64,000 nt of DNA from a virus (Duplodnaviria; Caudoviricetes): positions 32,001 through 96,000 of the IMG/VR virus record IMGVR_UViG_3300028888_001547. One strand, written 5' to 3'. The translations under genes were made by a program, and so were the position numbers. Shown piece by piece: positions 50,301-59,671 of this stretch; the first letter of the stretch is position 1, and each line of letters opens with the position of its first letter. The notes under the pieces are model-generated. The model saw nothing but the letters and a program-made list of their open reading frames with translations. It ran no database searches and was not told the DNA's origin.

Positions 50301-53300
50301 ATACAGAATATGTAGTAGGCAGCCATCTTATACAAGTCAAGATGTTGCGCAGCTTCTTGCTGGAACTTCTATTGATTGTTATATGTACTTACTACCCAAG
50401 CATGGAAGTCTACAAACGGTTTTGTTTTGATGTAGAAGTTGGAATCAGTACTAAACTTGTCCTGCGTGATCTTATTGCCCTGCTCATCTTTTACTTCAAG
50501 GATATCATCTTCATCTGGGAATATAAGTTCAAATGCTTGTTCCCATCCCCACATGCGTTCATACTCACCAGTACCATTACCTTGGCTATCAAGTTTTTCA
50601 ATATTTAATACTTGCTCAAATCTATTATCGTGCGTCATGTATGACGAATATTGTGTGTTAGAGCTAAGTACTTCAATACGAAGAACATTGCTGTTATCCC
50701 ATCTACGATTCTGTTTAGTATCCTAATTCTTATATGTATTTGTTAAACAGAAAGGATCTTTGGGGACTGCGTATATACTTCTTTCGCCGTATGTAAAGTC
50801 AGACTTCTTATCATCCATAAATACATATTGGCCAAGGAATATACGTCTTTGAGCACCTTGTTCATCAAAGTAGAATACTGCACAAGGGAATGAATCTGGA
50901 GCAATTCTAATATTGTATGGGAAACTATTTTCTGTCACGTCACTCCACTATACGTCTTGAGACTGTATAATGTTGCCATTCGTATCGTATCTGTTTCTCT
51001 TACCATAGCCTTCTGTCCAAGCGTTATCCCCAGTTTCATTAAGATTTGCATCATTGTGATGAACAAGCTGGTTAGTTGCAAACAGCTGAGGTTCAGTTCT
51101 AAGCTTATACTCGCCATCGATATTTGCACCAAACCAGGTCTTCTGTATGATACGCTGGAGGGATCCATTATGAACACCAGATGAGTCAGCATAGTTGGCT
51201 TGCAATACGAACTTATTGGCTGGAATAGATGCCTTGCCCTGATCGTCAGAAGACTTCATCACGTATCTGTTCTTATTCAACAGAAGGTCCTCTTGCTGTG
51301 TGAGTTCCCATGTAGGAACGGCACCGTTCTTAGACTTGTTCAGCCAGAACTTCATTGACGTGATCGGGTAGTTAAGAGTAGACTGACCGTGTTTTCTAAT
51401 CTGTGCACCTACGATCTTAAAGTTTTTCGTAGAATCTGACGGACAGAATCTTTCAATAGTTACATCAGTGGTAGAGTCTTTTTTATCTGTTTGTCCACTA
51501 AGAATGTTAGAAAGGTTACCTGTTATAAGAATAGTATCAATCTTATTCTTACACAGATCAAAGTCAATCTCGCCACCAGCGTTCAGAATGTCGTTTCTGC
51601 TAGCGATTACAGCCTTTTCTGGGCTATCAAATACAAAGTTATTATACGCGTCAGTATATGTAATAGAATAATCGTATATTCTTATAGTATATACTCTTAC
51701 ACCTGAATCAGATCCACCTATTACTATATTACCATGTGTAGTAAATGCCTAACCTGAAGCAATAGCAGCTCTCTCAAGTATACCGTTATTGACGATATAT
51801 GCGAGACCTGACTCTACTGTACGGTCTTGACTGTTCTCAGGAACGGCATTAATAATAAACGACAACTTGATACGTTCATTTGCTTTATAATTGGTATGTA
51901 CTACTTCAGTGTTAGAGTTTCCATAAAGAGTAGCAGTATCAGGTGTAATCTCAATACGCGCACCCTAAGGATTACCTATTACAACAAGTTTGTCATTGTC
52001 GTTTGCTACTTTCTCAGATTCGAACTCAATCTCGATAGTTTTACCTTTTACAAAGTCAAAGTTAGAGAACGGCTGTGCATTAATAGTTGCATATTCATTT
52101 TGCCCAACAGTACGGAAGCTGTTTTCATACCAACCAGAGTTAGTATTCCAAGCAATATTAGTAAACGTTGTAGAAACCTGACCAGATTCATCTGTCCAAA
52201 CATCTTTGGTAGAACTACTGTTAGTTCTTCCATAGCCAGACATTTTAGTCTCGTAGAAGCCAGTTTCATTGATCTTAATCTTGGTATTCCTTACTATATA
52301 GATAGGAATAGCATTCAAAAGAGTGTTTCTAAAATATGCAGCTACGTATGTATTTACGCCATCTTCTGTATAGATAGTAGGTACAAATGTAAGCGTAGCG
52401 GCACGTTCTTGGTTGTTTGCTGTGATATCTCCCAAATTAATTGGGTTCGCATCATCCAATCCTCGTAGCAACTTCCATGTAACAGGAATAGATGTATTTG
52501 TCTAAAGACTATCTGTATAGTAGCCCCAATCAATGATCGCAGACTCATACTGAGTAGCATACAACATCAGATTGCTTAAAGGATAATCACCTGTATTAAA
52601 TGAACTAGCAGTATTAATAAACTTATTAGTACTACCAACTACGCTAGATGCTACAGTAAATGTATAGTATAAAAGATTACTATTTACAGTTGTCTAACCG
52701 TCGTTATACTTTGTCTCTGCCCATATCTACAGTGAATGCTGTCCTTCGCTAAGCGTAGGCTGCAATCTCTGAGTCTCCACAACTCTTGTAGGCCCATCTT
52801 GTACAACATCTCTAGTTGCCTCAAGACCAGAGCCACCGTTATCAATTCTAAAGTATATTTAGCTGTACCAGAAGTATTGTTACGCTCAAATACATAAGGA
52901 ATCTAAATGGCTTGCTGTGGTGTAAACTTCTCATAGAATCTAAATGTACTTGATACGGTTACATCTAGAAGCACGATAGTAAACGTACGGTTATTACGAG
53001 CACCAGTAGTAGAACCCTTCGCCTCTATACTTACTACGTTTTCTCCTGTTTGCAAGTATTCGTATATACTAAAATTAGGATCCACATCTGATCTATTATA
53101 CCAGCGAGTAAAACTATTAGTAAGTCCAGAAGAGGTATTTGTTATTGTATATTTTACAGAAAGGCTGTCCGAAGATTCTCCTTCGTCATTATATATACTC
53201 CAATGGAAAGCTATTCTAGAACCGTTACTGTTTGTATCTCCTTGGCGGATAAACTTGTTGTTGAAGCCATCACTATCTGTAGCTGTCAAATCAAGTTTAT

Positions 53301-53577
53301 AATCGCTAGGACGTGCAAAGCTAAACAACTCTAAATCCTGATTATCAGTAGGATTTTCAAGCCACATAGCATATGCTTCTTCACTAGAGAACATCCTATA
53401 TTTATTATTAGTAGGATCTTCTTTCATGACAAATGGTTCCTTAAGCCTACTTTGAAGAAGCTCTCTAATAGCACCACCGGATACCTGCTTGCCTTCTGTT
53501 TCATTTTGTCCTGTGAATGAGTTTACACCAGTAATCCAGTCTGTAAACTCACTTATTTTACCATTATATGTCTACAT
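47345..53577 (-). CDS. Large tail-associated protein (~2080 aa) with CotH kinase-like domain; one frameshift near 52860
   Basis: ATG-TAG start at 53577. Seven in-frame ORFs from 52471 to 47624. GLVDSLERN...EPWDMDIALG is CotH-like. The N-terminal part is out of frame by 1 nt. Confidence 0.65.
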
Positions 53578-53588
53578 GTGTTATGTGT

Positions 53589-53774
53589 TTAATCTTTCCA
53601 AGGCGTATCTTCAGTCCAAGCATATTGGTCTTGCCAATAACCGCTTGCGTAACATGAAGGAATTGCTTCTATAATGCCAGGCCACACCTTGTGTTCACCT
53701 ACGTATACAGCGAATATTTCTTCACCGTTGTACCTAATGTACATTACCGGCTTTCCATTTTTATATATACCCAT
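53589..53774 (-). CDS. Small tail-associated protein
   Basis: 61 aa; AVYVGEHKVWP...CYASGYW; closely packed in the operon. Confidence 0.55.
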   Translation of the reverse strand: MGIYKNGKPVMYIRYNGEEIFAVYVGEHKVWPGIIEAIPSCYASGYWQDQYAWTEDTPWKD

Positions 53775-53790
53775 GGCATTATAATATTAA

Positions 53791-54732
53791 TTAAACGGCC
53801 CAAGGACCTTGATTATTTGCTTTAGCCCAAGCAATATACTTTACAATGTCCTCCCAAGTACAGGTAGGATCGTTTGCATCGATATTATCATAGAAGTCGT
53901 CAGCTGCCTTTACGTACTTATACGCAGTAGTTGGATCGTTTGCATCAGCTTTGTCAGATGCTTCTGTAGTACGTGTAGCAAGTCTAATAACGCCAGCCTT
54001 ATTAAAACGATAATCACCAGTGAACAGCGAAGTATGCTCTGTGTTAAATGTACCAAACTCAAGACCGTCGCCACCACCATGTTCGAACTTAATCTTATTC
54101 ATGTGGCCCTGACCATCGCTACCTTTCGGCTGAAGAGCAATACCACCGTGGTCTTCACAACGAAGGTCAATGGCCTGTGCACGAACCTTCAAATAACCCT
54201 TAGTGTTTTTACCGCTGTTTACATTAATATCAAATACATTTGCATCAGCGCCAGCCTTATCTTTGGTAGTAAGCGTCATTGATGCAGCATTAACCTGAAG
54301 TTTTACAGGATTATCTTCACCGTCAATAATTTTAATTGACACTTCGTCCTGATTTTCTGCAAGTCTGTGATGTGAGCAGAACTCAATATCATCGCCAGGC
54401 TTAAATGAAATATTACCACCTTTTGTGGTATCAACACTTTCACGAGGCTCAATGTTGATATTGTTCTCAGAAGTAAGCGTAGTATTTACACCTTTCTTCT
54501 TTTTTGTAAGCTACATTACAACAGGAGAGCCTACCGTACTAACACCTGATGCAACTGCTACATTTACTGTAGCGTCGCCACCACTCTGTGTTACATCAGT
54601 AGCTGAAACCGTATTAGAACCACCTTCGTTTATGGCATCTACAGCTTCATTTACATAACCAGTAAGCCCATTCCACTCCTGTGCACTGAGTATGTCTCCA
54701 GTCTGTTTTTGTGTAAATGTTTGTTTTGTCAT
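53791..54732 (-). CDS. Putative fibre/spike protein (~313 aa)
   Basis: KQTGDILSAQEWN N-terminus. ORFs 54511 and 53791 are joined by one TAG. Confidence 0.55.
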
Positions 54733-54892
54733 AATATATAAATAACGTTATTTGTATATACGCCAATAGGGGGCCTTGAGGGTCCCCTATCAACTGATTT
54801 ACTAAATTTTAGAAATATGAAGTTATTTAAAACTTCGTTTGTGAGGTTTTGCCATCTGATGTACGCCACCCCATGAAGCTTTTATTACGTAA

Positions 54893-55450
54893 TTATTGTG
54901 CTTCTTCAGAATCGTTTATCGATTCCACCGCTGCCTCGTTTGCGGGCTCAGAGTTTGTAGTCTCGACTTCTGTTTCCGGAAGACTCTGAGTAGCCGTAGG
55001 TGCGCTTTCGTTTATATTGTCAGTAGACCCATAACCGCCTTCTCCACGGTCAGTCTCACTGAGTGTATCACTCTCCTCAAACTGTACATCAGGTACTGGG
55101 AGTATAAGGAGTTGACAAAATCTTTCACCTTCTTTATATATAGCAGGTACAACATCTGTTGTAGCTCGCATCTTGGCCATTACTTCACCACGATAATCAG
55201 AATCAATTACACCAATACAATTAGTAAGTATAAGAGATTTCTTTGAGATAGATGAACGAGGAACAAGAGCTCCAAAATAACCTTGAGGAATCTCTACTGC
55301 AATATCAGTATGATATACAAGGACAAGCTGTCCACACTCGTTAATCTCTGTTGTGATTCGTGTACATGTCAAATCGAATCCAGCATCTGTGGCATGTGCC
55401 TTTACAGGTGCGATTGCATTTTCTGAAAGTCTTTTAAATTTAATTACCAT
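54893..55450 (-). CDS. dut: Trimeric dUTPase with acidic C-terminal extension
   Basis: AGFDL, PRSS, GVIDSDYRG and RGEGGYGST motifs. Start placed at 55450 because the longer track ORF overlaps the tRNA. Confidence 0.92.
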   Translation of the reverse strand: MVIKFKRLSENAIAPVKAHATDAGFDLTCTRITTEINECGQLVLVYHTDIAVEIPQGYFGALVPRSSISKKSLILTNCIGVIDSDYRGEVMAKMRATTDVVPAIYKEGERFCQLLILPVPDVQFEESDTLSETDRGEGGYGSTDNINESAPTATQSLPETEVETTNSEPANEAAVESINDSEEAQ

Positions 55451-55474
55451 CTTTATATATAATTTTAGTAATAA

Positions 55475-55551
55475 TGGTTGCCCAGTCCGGTTCATCTCCA
55501 GATCTTCCGGGGTTAGAGCCCGACGTGCTAGGAATCATACACCACTAAGCA
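55475..55551 (-). tRNA. Amber suppressor tRNA (anticodon CTA), probably Gln-accepting
   Basis: TGCTTAG/CTGGGCA acceptor with a T1-A72 pair; TCGGG-CT[CTA]AC-CCCGG anticodon arm; encoded CCA; atypical D and T loops. Confidence 0.85.
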
Positions 55552-55552
55552 G

Positions 55553-55598
55553 TACCTACCGGGGGTAACGCTCCCCCGCATTGGGTCTAACCGTAGGT
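55553..55598 (-). ncRNA. Mini tRNA-like element (acceptor stem plus T-arm-like hairpin)
   Basis: ACCTAC/GTAGGT stem enclosing GGGGG-AGCGTTA-CCCCC; abuts the suppressor 5' end. Confidence 0.5.
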
Positions 55599-55624
55599 TG
55601 CCAATCAACATTTTAACTATGAAT

Positions 55625-55675
55625 ATACAGGGTTCCGGATGGCCATCCGAATCTCAGCCTCCCCTGTATCGGCTG
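55625..55675 (-). ncRNA. Pseudoknotted RNA element
   Basis: CAGCC/GGCTG crossed by TACAGGG/CCCTGTA, with an inserted TTCGGAT-GGCC-ATCCGGA hairpin. Confidence 0.5.
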
Positions 55676-55682
55676 TGTTATG

Positions 55683-55743
55683 CGGCTCTGGGAAGATTCG
55701 AACTTCCTGCACGCCCGCCGGACAACCGACATATCGCAGCGCC
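55683..55743 (-). ncRNA. Shrunken tRNA-like element (61 nt)
   Basis: Perfect T arm GGAAG-TTCGAAT-CTTCC; acceptor GGCGCTG/CAGAGCC (one mismatch); only 29 nt in place of the D, anticodon and variable regions. Confidence 0.55.
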
Positions 55744-55772
55744 TTCCAGTATAACGTAACGGTTATACTCGT

Positions 55773-56114
55773 TTACTTGTTCTTCTTGAAAGGATGTTTG
55801 ATCCAACCCCAGAAGCGCTTGTACCAAGGCTTCTTCTTTTTGCCTGTAGCTTCCTTAAGAATATTCTCAAGCTTATTGAACAACTTATCATCCTGAATAC
55901 GAACAATATTCTTCTCGCACTCTTCATCAATCTCATTGAGAATATCACCTGTAATTTTAACTCCAAGCATCACAAGCCAGGTAATATCATCTTCTGTAAT
56001 TGCCACGCCTTGTGTAGCCTTTGCTCTAATAAACTCGAACTTTATGTCGTCACAATTTCCAACATTAGTAAGATCTACAATAAAAGCGGGCTTTGTTTTA
56101 ATATTCTTCTTCAT
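55773..56114 (-). CDS. Hypothetical protein with amphipathic basic C-terminus
   Basis: 113 aa; ends KKKPWYKRFWGWIKHPFKKNK. Confidence 0.65.
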   Translation of the reverse strand: MKKNIKTKPAFIVDLTNVGNCDDIKFEFIRAKATQGVAITEDDITWLVMLGVKITGDILNEIDEECEKNIVRIQDDKLFNKLENILKEATGKKKKPWYKRFWGWIKHPFKKNK

Positions 56115-56130
56115 AATTCTATATATCTGA

Positions 56131-56607
56131 TTATGCTTTCTTAACTTTCTTAACAGCTTTCTTGGCCTTAGTCAAGACCTTGGAAATCTTTTCACAAACA
56201 GTCTCCTTTGGAGGTTCTGGATCGCACACGTTTGGACACGCATCGCACGAACGTTCGCAATCGCAACATTTACACTCGTTTTCTGCTTGTTTAGCAGCCC
56301 ACTCTTCCTTTTCCTTCTGCTCAATAGCTCTACGGTTCTTAATGTTAGCAGTCCACTGCTTTGTTCTAACTGTATCGAGATGATACTTATTAAATCGATT
56401 TGAGTAGAACAGAAGAAGGATGTCGCCCTTCTTAGCGTCGATCTCTTCCTTGCACTCACCGCAATTGTATACAATGTGCATAGGCTCTTCTATGTAGTAT
56501 ATCGAACGAATATCGTAACGGTCCTCCTGTGGGAGTGTGCATACGAAATCAGTATCTGGATCTACAACAATGTTTGCTGAGCTGTCTGTTAAATATAAAG
56601 TCTTCAT
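56131..56607 (-). CDS. Hypothetical protein with Cys cluster
   Basis: 158 aa; CKCCDCERSCDACPNVC. Confidence 0.65.
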   Translation of the reverse strand: MKTLYLTDSSANIVVDPDTDFVCTLPQEDRYDIRSIYYIEEPMHIVYNCGECKEEIDAKKGDILLLFYSNRFNKYHLDTVRTKQWTANIKNRRAIEQKEKEEWAAKQAENECKCCDCERSCDACPNVCDPEPPKETVCEKISKVLTKAKKAVKKVKKA

Positions 56608-56819
56608 TTTGAACTGTATTGTTTTGTTTTGTCTTGTTTGTATCTACGTTTCAGTTTAAACTTAAATGCTTGATTGAATAGTATATCTCTAGTATCTTCA
56701 CCATCTTTCATCGTATCAACGACTGTTTGGAATGCATGTTTACAAACCGCACTGACAGTATCACGATCTACATCTAAGTTCTTAGAAACGTCTTTTATTA
56801 CTCTCTCGATATCAATCAC
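56604..56819 (-). CDS. HU/IHF-like small DNA-binding protein
   Basis: 71 aa; helix-helix pattern (VIKDVSKNL...VSAVC..F) followed by DILFNQAFKFKLK. Confidence 0.55.
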   Translation of the reverse strand: MIDIERVIKDVSKNLDVDRDTVSAVCKHAFQTVVDTMKDGEDTRDILFNQAFKFKLKRRYKQDKTKQYSSK

Positions 56820-57229
56820 TTTTCAATGCCTAAAATATCATACTGCCTCAAAAGGCGACTGTCTTTAAGTAGATCAAAGCGAAGTCCAGCAGCATCTCTG
56901 AATATAACAATATCACCGACATTTATGTTAGTATAGACGTTGTCATTCTTTTCAGAATCAATATAATACAAAGGACGTTTCAAAACAACACCTCTGCGAT
57001 AATCAGAATCAACTTCTTTAACCTCTGTCTCAACGCGATCGAAGTCTTGTGCTTCAATTCCATTTTCATCTTTTGCGGGTGTACCAGTTGGGACAGGTTT
57101 ACTAAACTCTTTCTTTACTTTGACCGGATCCAGGGGCTTTACGAGGAAGAAGTCCAGGAACTGATATTTTATCTGACTGGCTACATCTTCGGCAAGCACC
57201 GATTGATCAATTAACTTCTCGTCTTCCAT
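56816..57229 (-). CDS. GroES-like co-chaperonin
   Basis: DFFLVKP...RGVVL...INVGDIVIF...YDILG pattern with a long mobile-loop insert. Confidence 0.65.
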   Translation of the reverse strand: MEDEKLIDQSVLAEDVASQIKYQFLDFFLVKPLDPVKVKKEFSKPVPTGTPAKDENGIEAQDFDRVETEVKEVDSDYRRGVVLKRPLYYIDSEKNDNVYTNINVGDIVIFRDAAGLRFDLLKDSRLLRQYDILGIEK

Positions 57230-57233
57230 TTTA

Positions 57234-57647
57234 TCACTTTTTAAGTCCTGCAAGATGATCAAGGAGTGAGAGCATATTGTTGAGCACTGTAGTGCGCTCC
57301 ACCTTCATGCACTCAGGCATGTTTGCCATATCTTCATTAAGATTCTTGAGTTCGTCCTCGTACTTGTTTGTAAGACGACTAATCTCATCAAATACGTTCA
57401 TGAAGACCTTCTTGTTCTCTGCACCAACTACTTCAAGATATCCATCTGCGATCAGCTCTTTTGCATAATCAGCAGAGATTGCAAAATTAGATTGGTAGGT
57501 TGAGCGAACTTCAGAATCACTATCGTCCGACTTATGGAACTGTTCTGAGTGTTCGGCTACGTACATCTTGGTATTATCATCCCAAGTGAACGTATCACCA
57601 ACCTCCATAACAAAGAATGATTCAATTACACGTAATGTTTTTTCCAT
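57234..57647 (-). CDS. Conserved hypothetical protein, first gene of the leftward unit
   Basis: Intact 137-aa ORF. Confidence 0.65.
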   Translation of the reverse strand: MEKTLRVIESFFVMEVGDTFTWDDNTKMYVAEHSEQFHKSDDSDSEVRSTYQSNFAISADYAKELIADGYLEVVGAENKKVFMNVFDEISRLTNKYEDELKNLNEDMANMPECMKVERTTVLNNMLSLLDHLAGLKK

Positions 57648-57672
57648 TGTTTCAAATTTATTTTATGCCCAC

Positions 57673-57755
57673 ATAACGTAAAAAAATTATGCTTTGGTTG
57701 CAATTTAATAAAAAAATTTGCGAAAATGCAACTTTTTTGATGATTTTTACGTTAT
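57673..57755. promoter_or_regulatory. Back-to-back TGCAAC-N17/18-CGTTAT promoter-like motifs
   Basis: Minus: TGCAAC (57702-57697), 18 nt, CGTTAT. Plus: TGCAAC (57727-57732), 17 nt, CGTTAT (57750-57755). Located exactly at the strand switch. Confidence 0.65.
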
Positions 57756-57897
57756 TTGAGTGTACCTATGGGGAAGAAGGGGGACTATAGGGGGTTATTA
57801 GGGCCCTATAATGTTCTATCTTATTTTATCTAAATATAATATATATACTGGCCCTTTCTCTTTGGTTACTTTCTCTTTCCCCAGTAAAAGTAGAGAC

Positions 57898-58320
57898 ATG
57901 AAACAAAAAAGTAAAGTTCATATAGATACATACGAATCGATATATCCTACTCAATTAGTAGTTGCTAACAACGCCGCTACTACTAAACAGATAGCTAAAG
58001 ATTATTGCTGGTTCGATGGTGTAGAATTAGAAGATTCTGATTTTGCAAACTGCCTTGGATGTGTTATACGAGCAAAAAGAAAGTCTGACGGACGTAAGGT
58101 TACACTTGTAAAGATTAATTTTGATCTTTCTAAACCTAGTAAACCGGAGGCCTTTTTAGATGATATTGCATCGCTTGTACACGAAGCAGGACACGTTGTT
58201 CTTGATACGTATAGTTACGTAGAAGACAGAATCTGTACCGAAGTATGTAAGCAAGAACCTTTTTGCTATTATTTAGAATGGGTGTTCAAGTGTATCTATA
58301 AAACTATTATAAAGAAATGA
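57898..58320 (+). CDS. Small zincin-like metalloprotein (~140 aa)
   Basis: LVHEAGHVV...QEPFCYYL; likely start MKQKSK at 57898. Confidence 0.65.
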   Translation: MKQKSKVHIDTYESIYPTQLVVANNAATTKQIAKDYCWFDGVELEDSDFANCLGCVIRAKRKSDGRKVTLVKINFDLSKPSKPEAFLDDIASLVHEAGHVVLDTYSYVEDRICTEVCKQEPFCYYLEWVFKCIYKTIIKK

Positions 58321-58829
58321 CCCATTTAGAACTAAATGCCATACTGTATTATGCTGATTTTCTAAGTCTGAAAGAATAGAGCATCCCTGTTACAGACAAC
58401 TGTAAGTATTTCTTTATACACGGATACCCTATAAATAGCGCTTTTATAGTAGATTTAGAGCCTGAATATGACCCAGAGAATTAGTATATAATGCAAGCGG
58501 TTTAGGAATTCCAAGCAATCCGGGATAAGTATGACGAAGATGCGGCTATGAGTTTTATAGACGATATTTGCAGTATAAAAGCCTGTGGAAGCGTGAGTGC
58601 AGAATAGATGTTAAAGTGCATTCATAGATATAGTACAAAGCAAGAGCGAAAAACAGCTCTAAATGCGTTAAAAAATTGGCAAAAAGAACAAATTTATACT
58701 CACATAACGTTCAACGAAAATGGAGACCCCCAAGAAACAGAATGTACGAAATACGTCAAGCACGCTGAAACGCTTCTCGCTAAACGAGGCTTACTTAAAA
58801 GCCCAAGATATAATGATCAGAGCTTATAA
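58317..58829 (+). CDS. Hypothetical protein (~170 aa, 4 TAGs)
   Basis: ATGA overlap with the upstream stop; in frame with track ORF 58608. Confidence 0.65.
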
Positions 58830-58843
58830 AAACGCAATCAAAA

Positions 58844-58945
58844 ATGGACTTTATCCAAATGACGACGAATAATTTAAACGAAATCGAGCCGTACGACGAT
58901 GATGATAGAAGGCCAAATCGCGACGACGACTATAATATTGATTAA
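58844..58945 (+). CDS. Possible small acidic protein (33 aa)
   Basis: MDFIQMTTNNLNEIEPYDDDDRR...; fills the intergenic gap. Confidence 0.3.
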   Translation: MDFIQMTTNNLNEIEPYDDDDRRPNRDDDYNID

Positions 58946-58947
58946 AT

Positions 58948-59373
58948 ATGAGCAAATTTAGTAATTTATACGACATTGACGGCAATATAATCAACAAATC
59001 TCCTCAGCATACATATACACTTGAGGAGTGTGAGAAGTTAGTTGATGATTTGACCAAAAAAGTCGAAGAAAACCCTGATAATGAAGTATACAGAGTATAC
59101 TTAAATAACGCCCAAAAGTGGCTTATGCACATGTATGATGGGATGAGTAGGCAAGATTTGATGAAACGTATGTCATTCTTGACTGATAGCATCCAAAATG
59201 CTAAAGATACTGCTAATGAAGCCGAACAAAAGCAGCTTGACGAGATAAATAAAGTCATGGAAGAGTTCAAAAAGCAGTATGACAATGATACTATAATGGA
59301 TGAATATGTCGAACCAATAGAGGAAGTAAAAGAAGATGGAGACGATAAGAGCAATGTTGAATCTGCAGCGTGA
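58948..59373 (+). CDS. Hypothetical protein
   Basis: Intact 141-aa ORF. Confidence 0.65.
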   Translation: MSKFSNLYDIDGNIINKSPQHTYTLEECEKLVDDLTKKVEENPDNEVYRVYLNNAQKWLMHMYDGMSRQDLMKRMSFLTDSIQNAKDTANEAEQKQLDEINKVMEEFKKQYDNDTIMDEYVEPIEEVKEDGDDKSNVESAA

Positions 59374-59671
59374 TTGTGTAGAGCCATATGAAGGAGGATA
59401 CAAGCAACAGCGCCTTTCATATGATCTGACGAGGCAAACGCAAAGTAGTATAGCGGAAATGAATAGTGTACTTAAGTATTTTGCTGCAAGATCTAAAGGA
59501 GAATTTAAGTATTGGTTTACAGGAGACGTGACCTTTAGTTCTGATGACCCCGAATGTCAAGAACTTATAAAGGAATACGAAGAAATGTTTAAAAATGAGA
59601 CAAATAAAGAGGATATTCGTCCATTGCACAGCGGGGAACCAGAAGCAGACGAAACAGGATCTACTGAATGA
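59336..59671 (+). CDS. Hypothetical protein
   Basis: 111-aa ORF overlapping both neighbours. Confidence 0.5.
   Translation: METIRAMLNLQRDCVEPYEGGYKQQRLSYDLTRQTQSSIAEMNSVLKYFAARSKGEFKYWFTGDVTFSSDDPECQELIKEYEEMFKNETNKEDIRPLHSGEPEADETGSTE

Noticed and set aside
1-54732. Apparent mass pseudogenisation or a degraded prophage
   Set aside because: The breaks checked are in-frame TAGs (one frameshift excepted), and a CTA-anticodon tRNA is present, so recoding explains them.
54742-54751. ATAACGTTAT palindrome as another ECF-like promoter
   Set aside because: No TGCAAC at 17-18 nt spacing on the gene-facing strand.
55353-55896. Plus-strand ORFs over the tRNA cluster and the 55495 start for dut
   Set aside because: They overlap the suppressor tRNA and structured elements; dut motifs begin after 55450.
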